Program-made: the position numbers and the translations under genes | From: a virus | Lineage: Duplodnaviria > Caudoviricetes | Length of the DNA: 64,000 nt | Direction: 5' to 3' (one strand) | IMG/VR virus record: IMGVR_UViG_3300027969_004220 | Location: 41,622-105,621 of that record | In this document: positions 17,729-26,378 of the stretch, in pieces | How the letters are laid out: every line of letters starts with the position of its first letter | Numbering within the stretch: the first letter of the stretch is position 1 | The notes under the pieces: model-generated | Seen by the model: the letters and a program-made list of their open reading frames with translations, nothing else | Database searches by the model: none | Told to the model about the DNA's origin: nothing

Positions 17729-18265
17729 ATGGAAAAAGATAAAATGATAGAACTAATCGAGTTAGGTTACTCACAAAGGAATCTTGCGGAAGAACTAAAA
17801 ACATCACAATCTAATGTTAAATATTGGTTAAAAAAATTTGAAATAAGTACAAAATATAAAAAAAATAATATAGATAAACATATAATTGATGGTGGTAAAA
17901 ATTGTCCTAAATGTAATGAGTTAAAAGATGTGGATGACTTTTATAAAAGAAGTAGTATAAATAGAAACGGAACCGCGGGTTATTGTAAAAAATGTAGTAA
18001 TATTTATCATGGTGCTAGATTAAAGAAAGTTAAATTAAAAATGATTTTATATAAAGGTGGTAAATGTTGTGATTGTGAACTAAACCATGAAAATACACAC
18101 TATTGTGTTTTTGATTTTCATCACTTAGATCCAAATACTAAAGACCCAAACTTTAATAAAATTAAATATCAAAAATGGGAAAAAATTAAAGAAGAAATTG
18201 ATAAATGTGTATTATTGTGTGCGAATTGTCACCGTTTAAGACACTCTGTTATCAGTGGATGGTAA
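17729..18265 (+). mobile_element. free-standing HNH homing endonuclease within tRNA array 2
   Basis: N-terminal HTH, CxxC pairs, FDFHHLDP...CVLLCANCHRLRH. Confidence 0.85.
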
Positions 18266-18277
18266 ATAAATAAAAAT

Positions 18278-18360
18278 AGGTCTATGGTGTAATGGCAACA
18301 TCCTTCTTTTACATGGAAGAGACGTGAAGTATAATCTCGGTTCGAGTCCGAGTAGACCTA
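18278..18360 (+). tRNA. tRNA-Val(TAC) with long variable region
   Basis: AGGTCTA/TAGACCT, CTTCT-TTTACAT-GGAAG. Confidence 0.85.
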
Positions 18361-18366
18361 CATAAT

Positions 18367-18442
18367 GGTTCCTTAGCTCAGTTGGTTCAGTAGCGTCTGT
18401 TTTACACGCAGAAGGTCATAGGTTCGAATCCTATAGGAATCA
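18367..18442 (+). tRNA. tRNA-Val(TAC)
   Basis: cloverleaf, TCTGT-TTTACAC-GCAGA. Confidence 0.9.
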
Positions 18443-18448
18443 CAATAT

Positions 18449-18522
18449 TGGTAGTTAGCTCAACTGGTTAGAGCACTTCGCTGATACCGAAGAGGTTATG
18501 GGTTCGACTCCCTTACTACCAA
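18449..18522 (+). tRNA. tRNA-Ile(GAT)
   Basis: cloverleaf, CTTCG-CTGATAC-CGAAG. Confidence 0.9.
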
Positions 18523-18530
18523 CAAAAAAT

Positions 18531-18618
18531 GGCATAGTGTCTGAGTGGTCGAAAGATGCGGTCTGCAAAACCGTAATGATTAAGTTCATCATCGTAGGTT
18601 CAAATCCTACCTATGCTT
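18531..18618 (+). tRNA. tRNA-Cys(GCA) with long variable arm
   Basis: GCGGT-CTGCAAA-ACCGT, U73 discriminator, 19-nt variable region. Confidence 0.85.
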
Positions 18619-18624
18619 CTAAAT

Positions 18625-18704
18625 GGTTGGTCACTGTAAATGGCTTCACAGTGGGACGGTACGTGGAATTTATTCCTAAGTGGGTTCGAGACCCACATCA
18701 ACCT
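18625..18704 (+). ncRNA. tRNA-like RNA with no recognisable anticodon arm
   Basis: acceptor GGTTGGT/ATCAACC, CACTGT/ACAGTG hairpin, T-arm GTGGG-TTCGAGA-CCCAC. Confidence 0.6.
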
Positions 18705-18711
18705 CAATAAT

Positions 18712-18785
18712 GGCGCGGTGGCCGAGTGGCACGTAGGCGGTGGATTGCAAACTCACACACACTGGTTCGAATCCAGTCCGCGCCT
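18712..18785 (+). tRNA. tRNA-Cys(GCA)
   Basis: GGCGCGG/CCGCGCC, TTGCAAA loop, U73. Confidence 0.9.
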
Positions 18786-18792
18786 CGAGACG

Positions 18793-18848
18793 AGACTGTT
18801 ACTAATTCATAGGGGCCCATACGATGTAAGTGTCTGCGTAGAATTAGA
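18793..18848 (+). ncRNA. unknown structured RNA motif, copy 1
   Basis: AGACTGTTACTAATTCATAGGG...GTCTGCGTAGAATTAGA; second copy at 26461. Confidence 0.6.
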
Positions 18849-18852
18849 AAAT

Positions 18853-18925
18853 GCCGATATAGCTCAATAGGTAGAGTGCCAACTTGGTAGGTTGGAGGTT
18901 AAGGGTTCGATTCCCTTTATCGGAT
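18853..18925 (+). tRNA. tRNA-Thr(GGT)
   Basis: CCAAC-TTGGTAG-GTTGG; G1-A72 mismatch. Confidence 0.85.
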
Positions 18926-18933
18926 CAAATAAT

Positions 18934-19014
18934 GCTGGTGTTGCGTAGTGGCCGATCGCACCTACCTTGTAAGTAGGAATTCCAACGTCGCAGGTTCGAA
19001 TCCTGTCACTAGCT
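18934..19014 (+). tRNA. tRNA-Thr(TGT)
   Basis: CCTAC-CTTGTAA-GTAGG, 12-nt variable region. Confidence 0.9.
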
Positions 19015-19018
19015 CGAC

Positions 19019-19051
19019 AAAAAAGACTTCTTTTAATTAAGAAGTCTTTTT
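19019..19051 (+). terminator. terminator ending tRNA array 2
   Basis: aaaaagacttctt-ttaatt-aagaagtcttttt. Confidence 0.85.
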
Positions 19052-19101
19052 TATTTTAAACTAAATCCATATCTTTGTATAGAATAATAAATACTACTAT
19101 T

Positions 19102-19554
19102 ATGAAAGATATAAAACCTCGTTGCTTCGTGGATATGGATGGCGTCCTATGTGATTTTTTCGGAGCATTCTCAGATGTTCGTAGAAAAGACCCAAACTTT
19201 AAATTTCCTCAATCCAGAATAGGGTTCTTCAAAAATCTTGAACCAATACCAGATGCAATTGAGTCTTTTAATAAATTAAAAGAACATTATGACGTTTGGA
19301 TTTTAACACGTCCTTCATTTAAAAACATTAGTTGTTTTAACGAGAAAGCTGAATGGGTATTAGAACATTTAGGTTTTGATATATTAGAAAAAACGATTAT
19401 GTGTGGTGATAAATCTTTGGTGAAAGGTGATTACCTTATTGATGATAATGGTCAAAATGGCCAACCTGAATTTGAAGGAGAATGGATTGAATTTGCTTCA
19501 GAATCCTTTCCGGATTGGACTGCGGTTATTGATTATTTAATACCGACTATCTAA
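19102..19554 (+). CDS. 5'(3')-deoxyribonucleotidase (HAD, NT5C-like)
   Basis: VDMDGVLCDF, KSLVKGDYLIDD. Confidence 0.9.
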   Translation: MKDIKPRCFVDMDGVLCDFFGAFSDVRRKDPNFKFPQSRIGFFKNLEPIPDAIESFNKLKEHYDVWILTRPSFKNISCFNEKAEWVLEHLGFDILEKTIMCGDKSLVKGDYLIDDNGQNGQPEFEGEWIEFASESFPDWTAVIDYLIPTI

Positions 19555-19879
19555 GCCACCAATCACCACCTTTTACTTCTTCAAAGTCTTTAATATCATA
19601 TTTATACTTATAAACCCAACACTCAATATCTTTTGATGTGTTTATTTTAACTCTTATATACTCATCACCTTCAAACTCATCTAGCTCTGGGAATATTGAT
19701 GGGTCTATAAGATATATATCTCCTAAAACTTCTCCAGGTCCACTTACAAAACCAGGGTAGAATTCATTTACTCTATAAATTTTACCTTTAATTGTTGCTC
19801 TTCCAAAAAAAACGGGTTTCTTTAGTAAATTTTTGGCAGTATCTCTAAACTGACCATATACAAATAAATATTCTTTCAT
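19547..19879 (-). CDS. gamma-glutamylcyclotransferase (AIG2/GGCT-like)
   Basis: LFVYG, YPG, LDEFEG, CWVY. Confidence 0.85.
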   Translation of the reverse strand: MKEYLFVYGQFRDTAKNLLKKPVFFGRATIKGKIYRVNEFYPGFVSGPGEVLGDIYLIDPSIFPELDEFEGDEYIRVKINTSKDIECWVYKYKYDIKDFEEVKGGDWWLR

Positions 19880-19881
19880 AA

Positions 19882-20280
19882 TTAGTAATAACCTTTCCCA
19901 ATAACAGAGTGTCTAACTCCACCTCTTGGATTTTCTACGTCACCAGTATATCTTGGAATTAAATGACAATGAAATTGCATTACAGTTTGTCCTGCTGTTT
20001 CACCACAATTCATACCTATATTGTAACCATCTGGTTCATATTGTGATTCAACTATCTCCTTTGCTTTATCTAGCATTTCAGATAGTTTATTCCTTTTAGA
20101 TTGACTTAAATCAAAGTAAGTTTCTTCTGGTCCATTTGTTATAATAAGTATATGACCTGGACTTGTTGGAAATCCATCAAACATTATAAAGAAGTCACTA
20201 TCTTGATATAAGATTTTATCATCTTCTATCATATGTCTTCCGAACTTAACATCTTCATTTAAACTTGTAAATTTTCTCAT
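19882..20280 (-). CDS. HIT family hydrolase
   Basis: FPTSPGHILII, GYNIGMNCGETAGQTV, FHCHLIPR. Confidence 0.9.
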   Translation of the reverse strand: MRKFTSLNEDVKFGRHMIEDDKILYQDSDFFIMFDGFPTSPGHILIITNGPEETYFDLSQSKRNKLSEMLDKAKEIVESQYEPDGYNIGMNCGETAGQTVMQFHCHLIPRYTGDVENPRGGVRHSVIGKGYY

Positions 20281-20292
20281 AATGTATATATT

Positions 20293-22500
20293 TTATTCAA
20301 ATAGTTGGAAATTTGGTAAAACCAGACGAGTATTTGCGTTGTCTGCAAAAACTAAATACTTAGAATCGTCTCTAATAATAGCTTGATTAAGTATCTTATC
20401 AAATGTAGATTCTGGTATAATATCAGTAAATAATCTAATATTAGTTGCTTTCATATCAGATCCTAATAATTGAGGATTCGTATTTTCAATTGTAAATTCA
20501 ATTGGAGTCATATCTTGTTCATCAGAATAAACTTTTCTTAGGAAGTTATTTGTAAGTTTACCAGCCTCATCTTCAAAATCAACATTACGCTTATAAACAA
20601 ATTGAGAAATTTTTCTATTTCTTTGATCAACATTTAATGTATAGCAATACCAAACTTCTTCATCTAATATTAAATCAGAATTAGTTGTATAAGTATCACC
20701 ATTTAATGTAACTGTTATTACATCATTTACTAAGTTTACTTTCCAACCAATTAGATTCTCATCATCATAGAAGTTAAAGAAGTTATAAATCTCACCATCT
20801 ATATAATTATTGATACTAAACCAAATAGTAAATCCAATATTATCAGAAACTTTTAGAATAGGATCAGAGTTAAAGTAATTTACAGCTGGTATTCCTGCAT
20901 CAACTGAGAATAAGTCATAATTTGATTTAGATATTATAGTAGATGAGTTTTCAATTAGTTCTTTATTTATACTAGCTAAGTATTCTAATCTAATTAAATC
21001 CTTAGTTAAAGTTCTTGTTTGAACCTTATTAGCTACTGCTCTCTTATCATCAGTATTCTCAACACCAAATAATGAATCAATTGTAGTATTCTGTGTAAGC
21101 ATATCCAATTTGTTTTGGATCTCTGTTGTACCAGCTTGTACATTTGCTTTTTGGTTGTATTTTTTCAGAATCAATTTATAATAAACTGAAGAGTTATTAA
21201 ATCCTCTAAATTGAGATACGTGATCTACTTGAAACATTCTACTTAATTGACAGAAAAACATAAAGTCTTCTTTACCTGGTCTTCTTTGAGCACCAAATAC
21301 ACTTTTAAATTGCTCTTTGGTAATATGTACTTCCATATTATCAAATAAACTTAAATCAAATTGATTCATCGTAATTTGTGAGTCTGGAAATTCATTATTA
21401 TTTACCGATACTTTAACATCACCTTCACAAACAATATTATACAATTGATATTCGTGCATTGAGTAATCTTGTCCTTTTGCATCTGGATCAGTTACAAAGT
21501 AAACAACTTGATGTCCAAACATCATTTGAGCATCAGTACTTAATTTATTCAAAAGATTTAGTGCAGTACTTTGATTATAAGGATTGTAAAGAAGTGCTTG
21601 TTGGTCTTTAGTCATTGGTGAAAAAATATTAGCGGTATCACAACTTCCTTTACCATCTGAATTTAGATTAGTATTAGGTATGAAATTTCCATTAGCATCA
21701 TATGTACCAGTTAAATTAGACTGACAACATTCTCTTAAACCATATAAATTACTTTTCTGATAATCTAAAGTAACATTTTGAAAATTACCAATTAAATTTA
21801 TATCTTGTATCTTTACAGGAACACCAGATTTATTTTCTATTGAGTATTCAACTTCAAAAAATCTTGTTGGAGTTAGTCTTTTTGTAGATACATTTTCTTT
21901 AGTTAAAAATTCCCAATCTGACCAAGTTCTTGAATTATCTTGTGAGTATCTCCATTTCAAATCTACACCTTGTATACCAGTAGATGATATTACTTCAACA
22001 TCTTCTAACTTAAAAACTTTATAGATAAAAGGTGGTTTAATTACCTGAATACCACCAGAAACCAATTGAACTGCAGAACCATCATCGGTCATAGGTCTTT
22101 CAGTTTCACATTCAATTGCATATTCTAATATTCTAATTGAACCAAGTGAATTAGTTCCCTTTCTAACCCACTTTATATCTAGGTATAAAGGGTCCAAAGG
22201 ATCGATTGGTGGAAAGTTATCAATATATTTTTTTAAGTCAAACCAAGTAGTCCATTTTTGACCATCTCTTGATAAACGATAATATTGTGCTAAATATCTT
22301 GTAGTAGATAAACCTAAAGTATCGTAAGTAAATTTGGTTATCTTACTAATATTTTGTAAATTTGTAAAACTGATTATGTACTCTTCTTCTATATTATTAA
22401 TATAAGGTGTTGCATCGGGTGCTGAAGCACTAGCACTTATGTTAAATTTATCAGAAATAACAGTGGAACCATTTAAAACATTTGTATCTATTGTAAACAT
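20293..22500 (-). CDS. probable virion structural protein (central neck-like region, C-terminal LamG-like domain)
   Basis: 735 aa, beta-rich; FTIWF...WYCYTL LamG-like pattern; TAATATATA upstream. Confidence 0.5.
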   Translation of the reverse strand: MFTIDTNVLNGSTVISDKFNISASASAPDATPYINNIEEEYIISFTNLQNISKITKFTYDTLGLSTTRYLAQYYRLSRDGQKWTTWFDLKKYIDNFPPIDPLDPLYLDIKWVRKGTNSLGSIRILEYAIECETERPMTDDGSAVQLVSGGIQVIKPPFIYKVFKLEDVEVISSTGIQGVDLKWRYSQDNSRTWSDWEFLTKENVSTKRLTPTRFFEVEYSIENKSGVPVKIQDINLIGNFQNVTLDYQKSNLYGLRECCQSNLTGTYDANGNFIPNTNLNSDGKGSCDTANIFSPMTKDQQALLYNPYNQSTALNLLNKLSTDAQMMFGHQVVYFVTDPDAKGQDYSMHEYQLYNIVCEGDVKVSVNNNEFPDSQITMNQFDLSLFDNMEVHITKEQFKSVFGAQRRPGKEDFMFFCQLSRMFQVDHVSQFRGFNNSSVYYKLILKKYNQKANVQAGTTEIQNKLDMLTQNTTIDSLFGVENTDDKRAVANKVQTRTLTKDLIRLEYLASINKELIENSSTIISKSNYDLFSVDAGIPAVNYFNSDPILKVSDNIGFTIWFSINNYIDGEIYNFFNFYDDENLIGWKVNLVNDVITVTLNGDTYTTNSDLILDEEVWYCYTLNVDQRNRKISQFVYKRNVDFEDEAGKLTNNFLRKVYSDEQDMTPIEFTIENTNPQLLGSDMKATNIRLFTDIIPESTFDKILNQAIIRDDSKYLVFADNANTRLVLPNFQLFE

Positions 22501-22600
22501 AATTTATATATTAAAAAAATAATTCTATAATCTTTTGTTATATTAAATAATATGTGTATATTTGCATGTTATTAATTATAATAATAAAAAAATCGCTAAA

Positions 22601-23824
22601 ATGAATATAACAAAAAAATTCTTACAACTAACATCTAGAACTTACCCTCACGGTACTGAGCAAGAACTTTTTCACTTGTTACCGAAAAGTTTGAAAGAGG
22701 ATGAATTTGGTAACTTATTTATTAAAATAGGTGAAAGTGATGTTATGTTTACTTCACACTTAGATACCGCAACTAAAGCAAATACAGAAGTCGTTCACAT
22801 TTTTGACGGAGATATTATCAAAACTGATGGTAAATCTATCTTAGGTGCCGATGATAAAGCTGGTGTAACAATTATGTTAAACATGATAGAAAAAAATATT
22901 CCAGGTTTATATTACTTTTTCTTAGGAGAAGAAGTAGGTTGTATTGGTTCGAGAAAAGTTGCAGACGTACAAAAAGTAGAGAAAATTCCAGGTATCAACA
23001 AAGTAATTTCTTTTGACCGTAGAAGTACTGATTCTATCATTACATTTCAAAGTTCAAAAAGATGTTGTTCAGATACATTTGGTGAAGCTCTTGCAAAAGC
23101 ATTTAATGATGTTGAAGAAACATTCTCATATAAATTAGACAAAAATGGTGTTTTAACTGACTCTATACAATTTATTAGTATTTATCCAGAATGTACAAAC
23201 ATTTCTGTTGGTTATTACTCTGAACACACTTTCTCTGAAAGACAAGATATTGGTCACTTAACTAAATTAGCGGCAGCTTGTTTAAAAGTTGACTGGTCTT
23301 CTTTACCAGTAGAAAGAGATCCTTCAAAAGTTGAGTACGATTACTCTTGGGGTGGTTATGGTTACGGTGATGGTGATTGGGGTGCTTGGGGTGGTTCAAG
23401 ATATGACACTGGTAACTATACCAATGCCTATGCTTCAACAAATGTGATGGATAACGATTATAGTTCTTCAAGAACTAGACAACAAGGAGCTTACAGAGTG
23501 AAAACTGAAAAGTCTTATTTCTATGATGAATTGTTCCAATACTTATCTATGATTGAAACAAATGCCACAACTGGTAAAATAGTTAAAGTAGAGTTGATTG
23601 AGGATAGAATTAAATATGAAGCTCAACTTATTACAAGATTGTTCAAAGATATTGAACTACACTATACTAAATTAGAATGGGATGGTTTCAAATGTACTGT
23701 ATTCTATGAGTTAGAGCACAGAACTGAATGTGATAGAAATGATTTACTAGAATACTTACCAGACTTAGATTACCGTGGTATTGAAATATTAGGTGATTAT
23801 GACGATAGTGTCTATATGTGTTAA
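22601..23824 (+). CDS. M20/M28 family metallopeptidase
   Basis: SHLDT, LGADDKAG, GEEVG, SFDRR, SVGYYSEH. Confidence 0.85.
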   Translation: MNITKKFLQLTSRTYPHGTEQELFHLLPKSLKEDEFGNLFIKIGESDVMFTSHLDTATKANTEVVHIFDGDIIKTDGKSILGADDKAGVTIMLNMIEKNIPGLYYFFLGEEVGCIGSRKVADVQKVEKIPGINKVISFDRRSTDSIITFQSSKRCCSDTFGEALAKAFNDVEETFSYKLDKNGVLTDSIQFISIYPECTNISVGYYSEHTFSERQDIGHLTKLAAACLKVDWSSLPVERDPSKVEYDYSWGGYGYGDGDWGAWGGSRYDTGNYTNAYASTNVMDNDYSSSRTRQQGAYRVKTEKSYFYDELFQYLSMIETNATTGKIVKVELIEDRIKYEAQLITRLFKDIELHYTKLEWDGFKCTVFYELEHRTECDRNDLLEYLPDLDYRGIEILGDYDDSVYMC

Positions 23825-23901
23825 AAAAAGTCGAGAGAAATCTCGACTTTTTTGTTTTCTTATAATTGTAATTTAATATATAAGAAAATTGATTACATTA
23901 A

Positions 23902-25119
23902 ATGACAAACATATTTGATAAGGAAGTATGGATTAAACTTCTACCTAAAAAACTTACTATTGTTGATAATAATGGTACTTACGAATTAGTATATTCTGAT
24001 TGTTCAGTAAATGGTGTTTCTCATAAAGTAGAAATTATGTACTTTCACTCTACACCTAATAATCCTAATGATGTAAATAAAGATGGTGAACCAGATATGT
24101 TACAGTTTGATATACATATGGTTAAAACAAATGATGGCACCGAAGCAAATCCAGACAATCTTAAATTAAATATAGATGTTACTTACGGAGATGCAATGTT
24201 ATCTCAATTTAGTATTTCAAAACCTGATCAGATTGAGGTCGGTCAATATAATGGATTTGGATCTAAATATGACAAAGAAACATTTTTTGGATTTGAAGAT
24301 GATTCAATAAAAGATTTAGTAGAGTTTTTTAATAGATTAGGATTTGAACTAACAGTAAAGGATTTTACTTTTATCGATAAATATCCTGATACATATACTT
24401 ATACCGAATCAATTAAACTAATGCCTAGTTTTAATGGTGATGTTGTTTTAGTAGTAAATAATACAAAACCACAGGAAAATAGATATTTAACAAATGTTAC
24501 AAACTATTTAAAAGAAAGAGGTATTGATCATGTCATTGCTTCTAATGAAGAAGAAATTAAAAAGAATAATAATGACAAAGTAATTGGTGCAATTTCAACT
24601 GGATCTGAATATAGATTATCTAATCCAGAATCTGACAGTGAATTTTCTGCAAGTTCAGAAGCTCTAAAATCTTTACAATGTCCTATATTAGGAATGTGTT
24701 ATGGAATGCAACATATGGGTATTGAAAATGGTGCTAATTTAGCAACTTTGGATAAAGTTTATACTAACCATTCTACGTTAGATGATTATGATAAAGAACA
24801 TCCTTTATTTAAAGATGTCGATTTATCAAATACTCAAGCAAGCTTTGATTTTAATGACTATTTAGAAGATTGTCCCCAGGGATTTAAAACAATTGCTAAA
24901 TTAGGTGATAAAGTTGCCGGTATATCAAATGATGAAAAGAAACATTATGGTTTACTTTTTCATCCAGAAGATATAGAAGATACACAAGGAATATTAGATA
25001 ATTTTATAAATATGTGTAAGTCAGGAAGATCTAATAATGACGAACAAGGTATAGATCAATCTAAGAATGATATGAAATACATACAAACTTACGAAAGTTT
25101 TAGAAAAAAAAGAAAATAA
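23902..25119 (+). CDS. unknown N-terminal domain fused to class I glutamine amidotransferase
   Basis: PILGMCYGMQ nucleophile elbow and GLLFHPE His-Glu motif. Confidence 0.8.
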   Translation: MTNIFDKEVWIKLLPKKLTIVDNNGTYELVYSDCSVNGVSHKVEIMYFHSTPNNPNDVNKDGEPDMLQFDIHMVKTNDGTEANPDNLKLNIDVTYGDAMLSQFSISKPDQIEVGQYNGFGSKYDKETFFGFEDDSIKDLVEFFNRLGFELTVKDFTFIDKYPDTYTYTESIKLMPSFNGDVVLVVNNTKPQENRYLTNVTNYLKERGIDHVIASNEEEIKKNNNDKVIGAISTGSEYRLSNPESDSEFSASSEALKSLQCPILGMCYGMQHMGIENGANLATLDKVYTNHSTLDDYDKEHPLFKDVDLSNTQASFDFNDYLEDCPQGFKTIAKLGDKVAGISNDEKKHYGLLFHPEDIEDTQGILDNFINMCKSGRSNNDEQGIDQSKNDMKYIQTYESFRKKRK

Positions 25120-25124
25120 ATAAT

Positions 25125-25358
25125 ATGAGTACAATTCCACAAATCGAGACAACAGAAGATCAAACTCAACGTTCAATCTCAGCCGCATTTGATTCAGTAA
25201 ATTTAATCAATGAGTTAAAAACAAAACCTTCTTTAACAGAAGAAGAACAAGATAGATTAGACAGAAACAAAGAACACTTAACAATAATGTTAGGTAAAGA
25301 TTGGTTTGATGCTGGTTTAACAGAACAACAAAGAAATGACATAAACGCTTGTCTATAA
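25125..25358 (+). CDS. hypothetical protein
   Basis: 77 aa ORF in operon. Confidence 0.6.
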   Translation: MSTIPQIETTEDQTQRSISAAFDSVNLINELKTKPSLTEEEQDRLDRNKEHLTIMLGKDWFDAGLTEQQRNDINACL

Positions 25359-25375
25359 AAAAATAAATAACCAAC

Positions 25376-25639
25376 ATGGCTGAAGTTGATGATAAAATTG
25401 AAGGTTTGGAAGAATCTAAAATAAATGAATCTAGTATTGACTATGATGTATTAGATAAAATGGTTAAATTACCTTGTTATAACAAACTAAGAGAAGATCT
25501 TAGAGGTGCTATACAAGAGTTTACATCATGTATATCTGATAGTTCATCAGAAATCGGATATGATGAAGGTGATACAGACCATGATATGGCTTTTAATGCA
25601 GCAATACAACAAGCAATTGACGAAATAGTTGGTTGGTAG
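25376..25639 (+). CDS. hypothetical acidic protein
   Basis: 87 aa ORF. Confidence 0.55.
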   Translation: MAEVDDKIEGLEESKINESSIDYDVLDKMVKLPCYNKLREDLRGAIQEFTSCISDSSSEIGYDEGDTDHDMAFNAAIQQAIDEIVGW

Positions 25640-25687
25640 TTTGGATAAAAGAAAAATATTTGTATCTTTGTCAAAATAATAGAAATA

Positions 25688-25813
25688 ATGGCTGGTAAAA
25701 AAGGACAGTTTGCTGTTTGTAAAGAATGGGCTAAACACTTGAGAAAGAAATACAAAAGAATCTTTTGGAGCTCAGAAAGAGCACTTTCCAAAAAAGAAAT
25801 TAAAAAAATCTAA
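25688..25813 (+). CDS. small basic protein (not in ORF track)
   Basis: MAGKKGQFAVCKEWAKHLRKKYKRIFWSSERALSKKEIKKI*, after a TATCTTTG box. Confidence 0.55.
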   Translation: MAGKKGQFAVCKEWAKHLRKKYKRIFWSSERALSKKEIKKI

Positions 25814-25819
25814 TAATAA

Positions 25820-25902
25820 TTAGGTAGATTGAAAACTTTATATTACTTTTGTAGTATAAAATCAAAGAAAAACAAAAAGGAACAATAAAAGTTTAATATA
25901 TA
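25820..25902 (+). promoter_or_regulatory. tRNA array 3 promoter block
   Basis: TTAGGTAGAT...TACTTTTG (25844-25851)...AAACAAAAAG...TTTAATATATA. Confidence 0.7.
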
Positions 25903-25907
25903 GTAAT

Positions 25908-26006
25908 ATGAAAAATGTAAATGTAAATATCGTAGTTATGCCGCAGCCGATGCAGGATCAGGATCGTTTCACGAACCAGACTAACTATGTATTTATATCA
26001 CATTAA
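25908..26006 (+). CDS. putative attenuator leader peptide 3 (Met/Pro/Gln/Asp core)
   Basis: MKNVNVNIVVMPQPMQDQDRFTNQTNYVFISH*; core codons ATG CCG CAG CCG ATG CAG GAT CAG GAT. Confidence 0.85.
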   Translation: MKNVNVNIVVMPQPMQDQDRFTNQTNYVFISH

Positions 26007-26029
26007 GAAATTACGTGTATAAAAATTAC

Positions 26030-26064
26030 AAATCCGTTAGTCTTTGAGACTAACGGATTTTTTT
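26030..26064 (+). terminator. attenuator terminator 3
   Basis: aaatccgttagtct-ttg-agactaacggattt plus T-run. Confidence 0.9.
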
Positions 26065-26083
26065 ATGGAATAAAATTAAATAT

Positions 26084-26155
26084 TGGAGTATCGTATAATG
26101 GTAATTATTCAGGGTGTTGGCCCCTGCGATTTGGGTTCGAATCCTAATACTCTAA
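26084..26155 (+). tRNA. tRNA-Gln(TTG) with unusual G33
   Basis: CAGGG-TGTTGGC-CCCTG. Confidence 0.75.
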
Positions 26156-26164
26156 CAAAATTAT

Positions 26165-26226
26165 GGGACCATGGTTGAATGGTTTACAATGCCACCCTGT
26201 TGCGGGTTCGAATCCCGTTGATCCCG
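26165..26226 (+). pseudogene. tRNA-Asp-like gene with anticodon-arm deletion
   Basis: GGGACCA/TGATCCC, G73, CCACC-CTGT runs directly into the T-arm. Confidence 0.7.
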
Positions 26227-26233
26227 CTAAAAT

Positions 26234-26306
26234 AGTTATATAGCTCAGTGGTTAGAGTGCTAGGTTGTCGCCCTAGAGGTCGCGGGTTCGATCCCCGTTA
26301 TAACTG
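26234..26306 (+). tRNA. tRNA-Asp(GTC)
   Basis: CTAGG-TTGTCGC-CCTAG, G73. Confidence 0.9.
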
Positions 26307-26310
26307 CAAA

Positions 26311-26372
26311 TGTAATCCTTCAGTCAACAGTGAGGAGAATGAATACCCTAATGCTTGTGTAGGGAGGTTACA
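26311..26372 (+). ncRNA. unknown three-way-junction RNA in tRNA spacer
   Basis: TGTAATC/GGTTACA closing stem, CTTCA/TGAGG and CCCTA/TAGGG hairpins. Confidence 0.4.
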
Positions 26373-26378
26373 TAAATT

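Noticed and set aside
18793-18848. Calling the repeated spacer motif a theta/HDV, hammerhead, twister or pistol ribozyme
   Set aside because: Required conserved cores (HDV P3/L3, CUGANGA/GAAA and so on) could not be fitted; kept as an unknown motif.
16120-18870. ORF-track entries overlapping tRNA arrays (16120, 16125, 16485, 17383, 18498, 18640; also 26694)
   Set aside because: Shadow ORFs of tRNA genes; peptides such as RDSNP and GFEP are translations of T-arm sequence.
16006-26064. T-box riboswitch explanation for the tRNA-array leaders
   Set aside because: No T-box consensus (TGGnACC bulge) or stem I specifier; open reading frames with matched codons fit ribosome-mediated attenuation better.
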